The position numbers and the translations under genes were made by a program. DNA of 64,000 nt from Prorocentrum cordatum. Its lineage: Eukaryota. Positions 51,436-64,000 of the stretch are shown one piece after another. Below the pieces are notes generated by a model. It was given only the letters and a program-made list of their open reading frames with translations, did no database searches and had not been told where the DNA came from. The stretch lies in the NCBI GenBank assembly GCA_963575745.1, contig CAUYUJ010000225.1:1364001-1428000 (forward strand). Reading direction: 5' to 3'. How positions within the stretch are numbered: position 1 is the first letter of the stretch; every line of letters begins with the position of its first letter.

Positions 51436-51465
<30 letters not shown>
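48167..51465. repeat. (CATA)n / (TATG)n AT-rich microsatellite fields (48167-49190, 50055-50610, 50610-51465)
   Basis: Direct reading. Confidence 0.95.
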
Positions 51466-51467
<2 letters not shown>

Positions 51468-52847
51468 CTGCATTTGCGTAGGAATGATCAGACATCGTGT
51501 TTTGGTACGATCCAGGATCGTCCAGACGCAACAACCGGGTTGCTTTGTGGCGTTGGAGTCCTTCCGAATGGTGTTTTTGCACGCTTCAGGATCTTCAAAC
51601 AGTTGTCTCCCAGATGGGCACTTCCCTCAGTGGAAATGAACCCCTGTGAGGGCCTATGGAGACGGAGCTTGGGAGAGTTGATTCCAATATCGTTGATGAG
51701 TCATGGGTTTACACTGGTCCCCATCCTCCTCCTTCTCCACCTCCTCCTCCTCCGCCTTCTCCTTCTCCTCCTCCTCCTGCTCCTGCTCCTCCTCCTCCTC
51801 CTCCTCCTCCTCCTCCTCCTCCTCCTCCTCCTGGTATCCTCCCCCTCCTCCTCCTCCTCTCCTCCTCCTCCTCCTCCTCCTCCTCCTCCTCCTCCTCCTC
51901 CTCCTCCTCCTCCTCCTCCTCCTCCCCCTCTCCTTCTCCTCCTCCTCCTCCTCCTCCTCCTGCTCCTCCTCCTCCTCCTCCTCCTCCTCCTCCTCCGCCT
52001 CCTCCTCCTCCTCCTCCTTCTCTCCCATATCACCACTTCCCCTCTCTCTACAGCCACTGATGATCCTCCCTGTGCTCATCCGCCCAGATGGCCTCCAAAC
52101 CGAAGTGACTTCGTCGCCGAACCCTGGAGGGCGCGCGCCGCCATCTCCACCCAAGGGGACCCAAAATCCTTCGGGCCGGCCGATGGGCAAAATTTCGCAC
52201 TACTCGCGCGACAGGGATGCTTCCCAGAGATCCAACGCATTGAAAGAATCAAGACGAAGGTTTTTCGCAATTTTCGGCCTCTTGGGGCCCTCGCCGGGCC
52301 CCGGGACCATCAAAAAACGATTCAGGATGAAAAGTTGGTCCTGGGGAACTGGGCGAGACTTCCAGGGACTCGGTGTCGAAAAAAACACAACATCGGATCT
52401 CTGGGTTGCTGGGGCAAACTTCAACGCGCCCACCTGCCCCCGATTCAATGTCGGTGGGCATCGCCAGCCAGGCGCAGGAGTTCGGCCAGTGGGCAAATCG
52501 GCACCTCCTGGCGCAGCCCGCCAATGTTTCAATTGGGGGCGCTGGGGGGGGGTCACCTTGTTTGGTTGCAACGGCGTGGAGCCACGCCGCGGTCGGAGGC
52601 ACCCGATGGGCACCACAGGGCCCAGCTGGGCGGTCAGGAACGGGACGACCGCTGACGGGGGGAGAGCAACGGGAGGATGAGGGCAAACATGTTTCCGATT
52701 CGTGGCAGCTTTCACTGCACATCACCCCTCGGGGGCTGTCCTCGTTCGAGCCACGGGCCACGGGGTGCTCTCGCGCAAATCAGCACAAGAGGTACAGCCC
52801 CGCAGAGCTGGGGCGCCAGGTTGCGGCCGTTGGCCGTGCCGCTCTGC

Positions 52848-52888
52848 ACTGCTGCTGCTACTGCTGCTGCTGCTACTGCTGCTGCTGC

Positions 52889-52935
<47 letters not shown>

Positions 52936-52966
52936 GGCTGCTTGCTGCTTGCTGCTTGCTGCTTGC

Positions 52967-53013
<47 letters not shown>

Positions 53014-53059
53014 GCTGCTTGCTGCTTGCTGCTGCTGCTTGCTGCTGCTGCTGCTGCTG

Positions 53060-53090
<31 letters not shown>
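52848..53090. repeat. (CTG)n/(CTTG)n microsatellite
   Basis: Direct reading. Confidence 0.95.
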
Positions 53091-53196
53091 TGTTCTTTTT
53101 CCTGGGCCACTCACTGGTCGACCTCCCGAGATTTTTCCCCCCCGCTCACTGGTCGACCTCCCGAGCTTTTTTCCTGAGCTTTTCCCCCCCCACTCA

Positions 53197-53676
<480 letters not shown>

Positions 53677-56256
53677 TTAGAGGGAGTCGGGAGAGGAGGA
53701 TGGAGGCATCAGCATCCACTCCTTCGCTTCGTCCACTGTTCATTCAAAACCTCCGTTCGGGTCTAGACCCGGTCCTCCTCCTCCTCCTCCTCCTCCTCCT
53801 CCTCCTCCTCCTCCTCCTCCTCCCTCCTCCTTCTCCTCCTCCACCTTCCCCTTCTCAGGGAACGTGGCGAGCCTCACTCTCCCTACAGTCAACGTCGATA
53901 GCAAGGATGCACGATCAGGACGCAAGGGCCCTGGAAGGGCACGTTGGCACTTTTCGAGCAGGGCGCGACCAAAAACCCAAGGAAGAAAGGGCACCTTAAC
54001 ACCTGAACTCATCCCCAACCTTGCCGAACTGGCGCTGGGATATACCCAGGCCAGAACGCAGGGATGCAAGGGTACCGTTGCAACATCCCGCATTCCCTTG
54101 GACATGCGCGGTGCTTCATCGTCCTGGATCCCGCGGGAGCAGGGGGAGGGCACGAGAAGCGTCGTTTCGACGAGCCACACTGATGGCCTATCCACCAAAC
54201 TCGATCAGATGAGGAGGAGGAGCAGGAGGAGAAGGAGAACGAGGATGACCAATATATAAACCCAAAAGTCAGCCACGATTTCGGCATAATTTCTCCCTTT
54301 AAGCTCTTCTTCACAAGCCCCTACAAATATTTATTCTACTGAGGGAAATGCCTCGTTGGGAGACAACCGTTTGAAGATCCTGAAGCGTTCCAGAGCACCT
54401 TTCTCGGGAGGACTCCAACGCCACGAAGCAACCTGACTGTTCTAGCGTGACGATCTGGAATCGTGCCAGAACACCATTCCTGGGACTTCAACACCGCGAA
54501 TCAAAGCCACTATTGCGCCTTGATAATCCGGACTCGCTCCAAAGCCCAATTTCTGGCACAATTTCTGGTACGCTGCGCTAAGGCGAGAGCCACATTTTGA
54601 AAAGGAGCTGACCTCAATGTGTAATGCTCTTGCAAATGTTTAAGACGAGTGTGCGCGGCGCGAGGGCGAGAACCACATTTTGAAAACGGCCCACCCTCAA
54701 TCCATGAAGTTCTTTCAAAATTCGCTGGCCCAACGGGCCAGAGGCGTGCCAAGACCTCTGGTAACAAGTTACCAATCTTCTAGCTCGCCCGCGCGTGGCG
54801 GCCCCTGGGCGCCCCAGAGCGAAAAGTATCCCGGGAAGGGCCGGGCGGGGTTCCGCCAGAGATGCTTGATCTCTTGGGCGCGGCCCTAAGGCCAAAGAGG
54901 TGGCAGCCCTACGGCCTGAGGCCAAGAGCGCTCCAAGACGGCCCCAGATGGCCTCAAGATGGCCCAAGATGCCCCCAACACGCTCCAACACGCCCCAAGA
55001 GGCCTCCAAGAGGCGTCCCAAGAAGGCCCCAAGAGGCAAAAACCATTGAGTTTCTCGAAGTGTTTGAAATATGTCGCTTTTCAGCTTCTCGACGCTCCCA
55101 GACCGCCCAAACCGCTCCCAAGACCGCCCGAAAACGTCTCAAGAGCTGTCGAAGAGGGCCCCAAAACGGCCCAAGAGGGCCCCAAGACCGCCCAAGCGGC
55201 CTCCAAGACGGGCCAAGAGGCCTCCAAGACGGCTCCAAAAGAGGGTCGAGCTTTCTGCCCCAAGATGCACCCAGGAGGCCCTAATTGCCTAAGAGGCCCC
55301 CAAGAAGCCACTAAAGGCCTGCCCCCAGGAAGCCCCAGGAGGCTCCCAAGAGGCCCCAAAATGCCGTCACGAGGCCTCCCCAGAAATCCCAACAAGCCTG
55401 CGCCAAAAACGAGTGCCCAGACAACACCGCAGGGGTCTACGAACCCCCGAAACCAACTCCACAATCACTGCGTCACCTCCACCGCACCCCACGCACCCCC
55501 TCAGGAAGAAAACAGCCCCCGCTCCGCCCAGCCGCACCGCATTGACAACGACCACTTGGGCAATCGACAGCCGTGCGACAATATGGGCCAGCGGAATGAG
55601 CGAAACGACTAAATGTTAAGACGAATGTGCGCGGCGCTTCAGCGAGAATCGCATTTTGAAAACCACCCGCCCTCAATCCGTGAAACTCTTGCAGTGTTTA
55701 AATCCGGATGCGCGCGGCGCTAAGGCGAGGGTCACATTTTGGAAGCGACCCGCCCTCCATCTCCTCAGGATCATGAAATGGTGGGGAAATCTCAGGCGAA
55801 ACGCCCGGCCCGCCTTTTCGACTGGCCTCGGAGTGGGACAGGGAATAGTTAAGGACAAGGAATGGAGGATGAGGGGGGGGGGTCGCGGTAGGGCCGTACA
55901 CCACCGCGAATGGGACAGGCAAAAACAGGTCCGAGGCTAGCCAAGAACACCCTGCCCATCCAGCATCCTTAGGGCCACATCCGCCCGCGAGTGGTAGGGC
56001 AGGGGCGGCTTGCCCAAGGATGATCAAGGGATCAAGGGTGCCCTGCCCATCGCATCCTTAGGGCTCGGCCCAAATGACGTCGCAACGCGCAACCGAAGGA
56101 TGCCAGCTCGCCCAAAGGGTACTCCAAGTGGCCGGCCAGCGAAAGTGGCCACAGATGGACCGAAGGGCAAAGGATGCAAGGGTCACCTTGGAAAGTCGCT
56201 CATCCTTACCATGGAGTCTGACTGTAGCTCATGATGTGCATTGCTGCCCCGAGTAC

Positions 56257-56456
56257 GTCCAGGGAAGCAGGCCCCCCCAGCCCAGCTCTGGTGCTCGCGA
56301 CTTGGCCGCGTCCGCGAAGGCCTCCCCCGTTGGCTGGACGTCAATGGCCCCGGACTGGAAGAAGAAGGAGAATATGACTATCTTCTGCCAGCCCCGCTGC
56401 ATGGCAGCCTCGTCAGCTTCGGCGGGCTCCAGGGGGCCGTCGCGCGCGTGGTAGAT
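56257..56456 (-). CDS. DUF4336-like exon [66 protein letters not shown]
   Basis: Hand translation (this frame is not in the ORF track). HARD...RGWQ.IV.F..FF...WGGL.PW is the family core. GT donor; the acceptor is non-canonical or uncertain. Confidence 0.85.
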
Positions 56457-57494
56457 CGCCAGAGGAGGATCCGCGGCGGGGAGGCACGTGCTGGCTCCGC
56501 TCTGGTCCCCATCGCTCCCCTCCTCCTCCCCCTCCTCCTCCTCCTCCTCCTCCTCCTCCTCCTCCTCCTCCTCCTCCCTCCTCCCCCCCTCCTCCTTCTC
56601 CTCCGCTCATCACTCCCCTCCTCCTCCTCCTCCCTCCTCCTCCTCCTCCTCCTCCTCCTCCTCCTCCTCCTCCTCCTCCTCCTCCTCCTCCTCCTCCTCC
56701 TCCTCCTCCTCCTCCCCCCCTCCCCCTCCCCTCCCTCCTCCTCCTCCTCCTCCTCCTCCTCCTCCTCCTCCTCCTCCTCCTCCTCCTCCTCCTCCTCCTC
56801 CTCCTCCTCCTCCTCCTCCTCCTCCTCCTCCTCCTCCTCTCCTCCACCCACCATCCGCCGATCCCCTGCATTCCCCTTCGATCCAGCTCGTCCCGCTTGC
56901 ATCTCGTAGCCCCCTCCTTCCCCATCATTTACCCCCCCCTCCTCCAGGGGGGCGGGGAGGGGAGATGATGGGCAGGAGGGTTCGAGCGAGGGGGGAGATG
57001 ACAGGGGAGGCGGGCTCGAGGGAGGAAGGGAGCGGCCCCCCCCTTCCTCCCCCGAACCCGCCTCCCCCGCCATCCTCCCCCCTCCCCCCCGCCACCCACC
57101 GAAGGTGCCCCCCACCCCCGCCCCCCTCGCCCCCGCTGCGCCGCGCCCTCCGCGGCTTGCATGCTCGTTTTGCTATCGCCATTTCCGCTGGTCTGCCTTC
57201 GATCCGCCCCTGCTGCAAGACTCGATGATCTTCAGAACGTGAGTTAGCCACAGCGTGTGTGTTGTCCATCGAGGCCGTTCGATACGACGCAGGCGATGTG
57301 ATGCTCTACCGGCTGGACTGAACGGGATAAACACACATTGGGCTAACACACGTCCTGAGGACAACCGAAAAACGAAGTCGAAAGAGGCCCGTCCACGAAA
57401 TTACCCAAACGCCGCTTAGCTCGAGGAGCCCTGCCCGCAAGTTCCCCCCTCGCCCCCGCTGCGCCGCCCCCTCCGTGGCATCCCCCTCCGGGCT

Positions 57495-57563
57495 CAGCGG
57501 CCGCGGGTCCTCCCGGAGGATCGCCGGGGGGTCGCGGGGGACCGACACGAGCAGGTCGTTCAC
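57495..57563 (-). CDS. DUF4336-like exon VNDLLVSVPRDPPAILREDPRPL
   Basis: cccag|G acceptor; V.D..V.VP..PP.IL..DP.PL pattern precedes (I/L)(Y/F)HARD. Confidence 0.85.
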
Positions 57564-58039
57564 CTGGGCCAGCGGAAGACGCGGGGAGGGCGGGGGAGCG
57601 ACGGGTGGGCAGGGACGGGGAGAAGAGGGCAGGGGGGGCCAAGAGGAAGGAGAGGATGGAGGCAGAAGAGAAGGATGTAGGAGGGAGGGGGGCCGATGAG
57701 GAAAGAGGGCGAATTTTTGTCACAGAGGAAAGAGGGCGAGGAGGAGAGAGAAAGAGGAGGAGAGAGAAAGAGGAGGAGAGATAAAGATGAGGAGAGAGAA
57801 AGAGGACTAGGATAAGTAGGAGCAGGAGTAGGAGTCAAGCTAGCCAGCTCGAGCGAGTCAAGCATGGCATGCCCATTCCCACCCGCCCTCCCACAACATA
57901 AGAAACATTGCTGGCGCAACTGGGGACCGAAATCAGATCGGCAAGGTGGTTTGCCACAGCTGATGCAGCCGCGATGGCGGCTACCGATCAGAAATCCCTG
58001 GCGCGTCTCAAAGACTGCGCTGGCATTTCAGCACGAGCC

Positions 58040-58325
58040 GAGGAGGCCCCAGGAAGCCCCAGGAGGCCCCAGGAGGCCTCAGGAGAAGCCCCAGCGACCC
58101 CCAGAAAGCCCCAGTAGACTTCAGGAGGGCCCAGGAAGCCCCAGGTAATTCCAGGAGGCTTCAGGAAGCCCCAGGAAGTGTCAGGAAGCCCCCGGGGAAT
58201 CGCAGGAAACCCCAGGATGCCTCAGGAGGCTCGAGGAGGATCCACGAGGCCCTGGGGAAGCCCGGGCGGGAAGCCCCAGGATGTCCCAGGAGACCCTGTG
58301 AGGCCCCAGAGGGCCCCAGGCGCTC
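58040..58325. repeat. Degenerate 10-bp ccccaggaag minisatellite
   Basis: Direct reading. Confidence 0.85.
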
Positions 58326-58900
58326 GACGAATTGGCGAGCGAAAAATGTGCACCGCGCCTCAGCGAGAGCGCAAATTTCAGGAAACATACGCGCGGCGCT
58401 GAAGCGAGAGCAACATTTCGCCCAGTCGCGCGCGATGTGCACCGCGCCCCCCTTCCTGCCACGCATTTTGCAAAGCCGACGACAAGAAAATCCTCACTGA
58501 GAGGAAACATGTCGACTTTGTATGGTTTTAACAGGTAGGATGGCCCCTCCCGCTTGGGGTTGCCCCAGACGTCCGCGCGCGATGTGCGCCGCGTCCCATT
58601 CCTGCTACGCATTTCGCATCGTCGACGACAAGAAAGACCATGTTGAGAGAAACAACGGCGACTTTGTATTGATTTTTTGGGGCCCGGATTGACGGCCGCG
58701 CGCGATGTGCGCCAAAGGCCACGTTGAGAGAAAGAACGACGACGTTGTATTGATTTTGTACAGTTAGGATGGGAAGGCCCGGATGGAACCCCTATCGGCC
58801 GGCCAGAGGCGTAGTAAGAGTATATTATGATAAAGAATAAGGATAGGAGGAGGAGGAGGAGACGGAGGAGGATAAGAGGATAAGAGGATTAAAAGATCTA

Positions 58901-60236
58901 CACCGGACTCACTTCTATAGCGCTCACTTCTATAGTGCTCACTTTGAAATTGTGGTCCGGAAGGGGCCGCACATGCAGGCACATGCCGCACAGTCGCATG
59001 CACATGCCCATGCAAATATACAAGAGCCTCAACAGCATTGCCGCACATGCGCGCACATGCCACACCGCCCGACGCTCAGTCGAATGCACGGTCAAGCAAA
59101 ACTCTGAAAGAATAGACGCACATGCCCGCACATGCCGCAGAGATGTCGCAGGCGAGAGTGGCCTGACCACCTGAGCTCGGGGCATTTCGCAACCCAGAGT
59201 TCCGAGGATGTCTCAGGCAAGCGTGGCCGGATCACCATGGGGCAGGGCATCTTGGAAACCAGAGTGGCGAGGATGTCGCTGGTCAAGGTGACCAGACGAC
59301 CATGGGGCAGGACACCTCCGAGGTCTGAGTTGTGAGGATCCCTGAGCTCGGGTCGTCAAGCCACTTTCGCCTGAGACATCCTCGCAACTCTCACCTCCCC
59401 CTCCTCCTCCTCCTCCTCCTCTTCCTCCTCCTCCTCCTCCTCCTCCTCCTCCTCCTCCTCTTCCTCCTCCTCCTCCTCCTCCTCCTCCTCCTCCTCCTCC
59501 TCCTCCTTCTCCTCTGGCCGAGCCGAACAGGCAGGCGGGCCGGCCGAGCCGGGGGCGCCCGCCTCCTCCGCCCCCCCCTCCTCCCCCCCCCCTCCACCTC
59601 CCCCCCCCCATCCCTGCTTCTCCGGCCGAGCTGAGAAGGCGCGCGGGAGAGTATTTTATTAGGCGGGCGCGCCACCGCCAGCTCACGAACCGGGCGAAGA
59701 ACCGCCCCCGCCAGCAGCGGGCGAGTCTAAACGCACAACAAACTCTTTCAGGAAGCCCTGGCACGCCCCAGGTTAGCTCTGCGAAGGCCAGGAGGCATTG
59801 GAGGCACAGGGGTCCCAGACAGCTCCTAGGGCATGAGCGTGCATGTGCATTGGGATGTGCACGCATGTGCGCCCGCGCGCTTCACCGCATGTGCGTGCAT
59901 GTGCGGGCCCGCGCGGCCTCCCGAAGAGAGGTTGCACAGGCATGTGCGTGCATGTGCCGATGACAGATCTGCGATTCTCGAACACCTCCCGCATGTGCAG
60001 GCATGTGCGCGCATGTGCGTCGGACTGTGCGTGCATGTGCGTATGATGGATACATCAAAACACAGCGCACATGCCCCCGCACATGCCCGGGCACGACGTG
60101 CACAGTAGGAAGTCCATCCAAGAAGGACCGCACAGGCCTGGCACATGACTGGCACATGCCGCGCACATGCGCGCACATGACAGCGCAAAAACGGCCGCAC
60201 ATACACCCACCCAGGGGTATAGATGTGAGTGCAGTG
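58901..60236. mobile_element. TA-flanked non-autonomous TIR element (Tc1/mariner-type MITE) with gcacat subrepeats and a nested repeat
   Basis: Left end TA|caccggactcacttctata versus reverse complement of right end TA|cactgcactcacatctata. Confidence 0.6.
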
Positions 60237-60410
60237 TACCCTCCTCTCCACTATCCTCCTTCTCCGTCATCCTCCGTCTCTCTTCCTCCTCTCCAAACTC
60301 TGTATTTCCTGCTCTTTCTCCTCCTCATCTTTCTTTCTCCTCCTCAACGTTCCCTCCCCACCCTCCCATCTTCCCTCCCTCCTCCCCAAGGTTTTCGGCG
60401 GGCCAGTCGC

Positions 60411-60473
60411 AAGCAGAAGCCGCAAGCGCGGGACGTAGAAAACCGCCTCGCAGAACGCGCCAGTGTCGACGTC
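60411..60473 (-). CDS. DUF4336-like exon DVDTGAFCEAVFYVPRLRLLL (most 5' exon found)
   Basis: gcgag|G ... ctt|GC, 63 nt; G.F.E..F......LLV.D pattern when joined to the next exon. Confidence 0.8.
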
Positions 60474-61219
60474 CTCGCCCAACGGCGCTCCCCCGCCCCA
60501 GAGCACCACTGCCTCCCCGACGCTCGCTGACAGTGAGCCCCGTTGTGTCCTGGGGAGCGCTGACCGTGGAATGCGGCAGCCAGCAGCCAAGCAGTATGCG
60601 GAACGCCGGCCTCCTCCTGCTGCTGCTCCTCCTCTGACTCTCCTCCAGGTCGGGACTTCCGAGCCTTTCCTCTTTCGATCGATGGCCTCTCGGTGTTGAG
60701 ACGTCTGCCAATCTACTCGTAGACGTCTGCCATAGAAAGCTCAACATTGCCCATCAATCTCTGCTAATGTACTTGAGTGGATTGCTCTACGTGTTGAAGA
60801 AGATTAAAAAAGGGTAACCTGCTGGGCTGGAAGGTGAAACACTTGACATTTGGGGAACATACATAACTTTTCTATATAGGCACATGGCGCAAACCAGCGC
60901 ATGGCGAACGTCATTCCCAATGAGTGCTTGCATGGCGGAGACTGAAGAATAAGAAAAAGGGTAGCCCGCCGAGGCCGGGTTCCTGGGTTCCCGGGTACAA
61001 GGTGCCCAGGTTCCAGGTTCCCGCCCGATTTCGGTGGGCGGAAACGCTCCCGGCTTCGCAATTGCGGCTCTGGAAATTCTGGCACTGTAAGTTTCCCGGG
61101 TCCTTGAATCATTCGTTGTGCCAAATACCCAGGTCCTTGCGACCACGGTCAGGATGAGATATTAGCTAGTAAAGAGTGCTGATCATAGATTATACAATAG
61201 AGGGCATTGTTCAGCAGAA

Positions 61220-61256
<37 letters not shown>

Positions 61257-61528
61257 TAGAACGAGAGAGAGAGAGAGAGAGTGAGCAACACATAGTGTAT
61301 GTTGTAAAAGAATACAGGGCAGAGCGAGTTGAAAGGTAGAGAGTAAACACGGTACAGAGAGAGAGAGACGGAGTAGAGAGACAGCGAGAAGTGGAAAGAG
61401 AGAGAGAGAGATATACAGAGAGAGAGAACGAGACAGAGAAAGAGAGACTGCATAGGTATCGAGCGGCGTGTATGTATATATATATATAGTGCGTATATAC
61501 ATAAAACCCTGAGCACTATGATATAACC

Positions 61529-61558
61529 ACGCGCGCTTCGCGCGAGCTTAGATTCTAG
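61529..61558 (+). mobile_element. Helitron-like 3' terminus (second copy)
   Basis: acgcgcgcttcgcgcgagcttagattctag followed by T. Confidence 0.5.
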
Positions 61559-62935
61559 TCAAAGCTGCGCCACGGCTGCCTCTGATACCACGGGCACTCT
61601 CGCGAACGCCATCACCAACATGTCTGCCATTGCTACGATCACGACTACCGCCGCTGCCGACGACTACCGCCGCTGCCGTTGCCACGTGTACAAATGCAAC
61701 TGTGCATGTACGCTTCGGGTGGTCTTCGCTTCATTCCGCCTCCGCGCCTGGGTTGTGGGTCAGAGGCCTCTTGCATGTTCGTTGGGATTTCGTGGGTGGC
61801 CTCTCGGGTACCCCCTTGGAGGCAATCTTGAGGCCTCTTGGAGGAGTCGGTTTGAAGCATCTTCGAATTTCTCATGGGTCTCTGGGGGACCTCTTGGAGC
61901 CTCTTGGGGGTCTTCTGGAGGCCTCTTGGGTTTCCTGGGGGTTTCTTGGGGCGGAGTGCTTTCTTTTTTTCGGTTCGCGTTCGCCCTCTTGGGCCCCTCT
62001 TTGGGCCGTCTTGGAACCCTCCTTCTTGAGCGCCTCTTGGGCCCTCTTGGGGCTCCAGGAGCCGTCATGCCGTCGTCGAGCGTCGTCGCACGTCGTCGTG
62101 TCGTCGTACGTCGTCGCGTTCGTGTGGACGACGACGCGACGACCGCGAGCCCGCGGACCGCCCCCCCCCTCGCCTTCCCCCCCTTGAGGGGGTCTTCGGT
62201 TGCCCCCACGCGTCCCGGGGGGGGGCCAGCTTGAAGCTACTCTGGGGCCTCTTCGGCTGCCTTGGGGGGCGTGCAATGCACGAAGCGGCTAGAACGTTGA
62301 AGTGCATGTCAAACCGAAAAGGCAGCTGTTATTTTCGCCTCTTGCTGCCCTCGTGGGGGTCATCTTGGGCGCCCTCTCGTGCCTCATGGGGCCCTCTCGA
62401 GGACGGTGGGGTGCCTCTTGGTATGCTGGGGGTTTGGGGGGTCTTTCGAAGTCGACAGGTTCAAAGTGTCAGTTCGCGTCCCTCCCCTGTGGCCCTTTTT
62501 TGCGGCCCTCTTGGGACCCTTTGGGGGATTTTGGGTGGCACTTGGGCCGTCCCAGGCCCTCTCGGGCTGTCGTTTGGCCCTCTTGGCAGCCTTTTGGCGG
62601 TTCAAAGGGTGGTATTGGAAGTCTTTCGGGCCGCCTTGGGCAGTCGGGGACCCAGAACATAGAACGTACCCAACCCATTTGTATCAATGGAAACGAGGAG
62701 TTGGCCGAAACTTGCATGGACAATCAACTTGATGTGTAAGCTACTTGGGACACGCGCCTATGGCATGATGCGCAGGATAACCATACAAGAACGAGGGGCG
62801 ACAACTACAGGCTCGAAGAGGACATGGGGAGTCGGGAACGCAGAGCAGGAGAAAAACGTGCGGGAAGCCGAACCATCAGCACGGCAGCAGCAGAGGGAAG
62901 GTGACTGCAGGAGGAGAACAAGGACGAAAGCGGCG

Positions 62936-63835
62936 TCTAATTTGAGTCTGCGGTGGGTACCCACTGTGCTGTGCCCCTCAGCAGCCCTCGAAAGTGGCGA
63001 CAGTTTCACAGATCGCAGCCCCCCAGGGATGGCGAGGTCTAATTTGAGTACCCACTGTGCTGGGCCCCCAGCAGCCCTCGAAAGTGGCGACAGTTTCACA
63101 GATCGCAGCCCCCCAGGGATGGCGAGGTCTAATTTGAGTCTGCGGTGGGTGCCCACTGTGCTGGGCCCCCCAGCAGCCTCGAAAGTGGCGACAGTTTCAC
63201 AGATCGCAGCCCCCCAGGGATGGCGAGGTCTAATTTGAGTCTGCGGTGGGTACCCACTGTGCTGGGCCCCTCAGCAGCCCTCGAAAGTGGCGACAGTTTC
63301 ACAGATCGCAGCCCCCCAGGGATGGCGAGGTCTAATTTGAGTCTGCGTGGCGTCACTGTGCTGGGCCCCCCAGCAGGCCTCGAAAGTGGCGACAGTTTCA
63401 CAGATCGCAGCCCCCCAGGGATGGCGAGGTCTAATTTGAGTCTGCGGTGGGTACCCACTGTGCTGGGCCCCTCAGCAGCCCTCGAAAGTGGCGACAGTTT
63501 CACAGATCGCAGCCCCCCAGGGATGGCGAGGTCTAATTTGAGTCTGCGGTGGGTACCCACTGTGCTGGCAGCCCCCCAGTGGCGACGTTTCACAGACGAC
63601 AGTTTCACAGATCGCAGCCCCCCAGGGATGGCGAGGTCTAATTTGAGTCTGCGGTGGGTGCCCACTGTGCTGGGCCCCTCAGCAGCCCTCGAAAGTGGCG
63701 ACAGTTTCACAGATCGCAGCCCCCCAGGGATGGCGAGGTCTAATTTGAGTCTGCGGTGGGTACCCACTGTGCTGGGCCCCTCAGCAGCCCTCGAAAGTGG
63801 CGACAGTTTCACAGATCGCAGCCCCCCAGGGATGG
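62936..63835 (+). repeat. 102-bp tandem satellite, about 9 highly similar copies
   Basis: tctaatttgagtctgcggtgggtacccactgtgctgggcccc...cagggatggcgagg; 34-aa periodicity in the ORF track. Confidence 0.95.
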
Positions 63836-64000
63836 GAAGGAGACGCGCGAGTGGGAAGGAGACGCGCGAGCAGTGCTCCATTCAAAACGAGAACCCAACG
63901 CAGGAGGGTTGGGAAAAACATGTAAGACAACAGAAAAACGCAAGTAAATGATGACAACGTCGGCCCAACGAAAATCCCTTGGAATTTCGTCACGTCGCTC

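Noticed and set aside
47517..51639. His/Tyr/Ile/Cys/Met-rich ORFs, and the poly-H, poly-E, poly-P and poly-CV ORFs elsewhere
   Set aside because: Translations of microsatellites.
61578..61590. cctctgatacca, resembling a tRNA-Met primer binding site
   Set aside because: No adjacent LTR pair or gag sequence.
62687..63951. 34-aa repeat ORFs on both strands
   Set aside because: The unit length is a multiple of 3, but a frame-breaking indel occurs and both strands are open, so this is a satellite.

Overview
This is GC-rich, repeat-dense eukaryotic DNA. GC/GA splice donors, AG|G acceptors and the retroelement types point to a dinoflagellate nuclear genome, possibly Prorocentrum-like (inference). 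Most ORF-track entries are artefacts of microsatellites and GC-rich repeats. All real coding signal I could find is on the minus strand. (1) At 1-7403 is a disrupted composite frame: about 67 copies of an 81-bp Ser/Thr mucin-like unit, hydrophobic helices, an FDCTLGYPGEGP motif (possibly 2A/StopGo-like), a Cys-rich finger, and the N-terminal part of a CRE-like non-LTR reverse transcriptase. The RT frame runs off the left edge and is missing from the ORF track. (2) A decayed tyrosine recombinase lies at about 19060-19960. (3) An internally deleted LTR retrotransposon at 20785-24780 has two LTRs, a tRNA-iMet-type primer binding site, gag and protease, but no recognisable integrase or RT. (4) A tentative multi-exon voltage-sensor-like gene at about 28101-35706 has one intron that is a 205-nt foldback. 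(5) Seven exons of a DUF4336-like gene span 39350-60473; several of its introns have complementary ends and one lacks an AG at the best-fitting junction. The remainder is satellites, microsatellites, a TA-flanked MITE, Helitron-like 3' ends and dispersed repeats. All alignments and translations were done by eye and no database searches were run.
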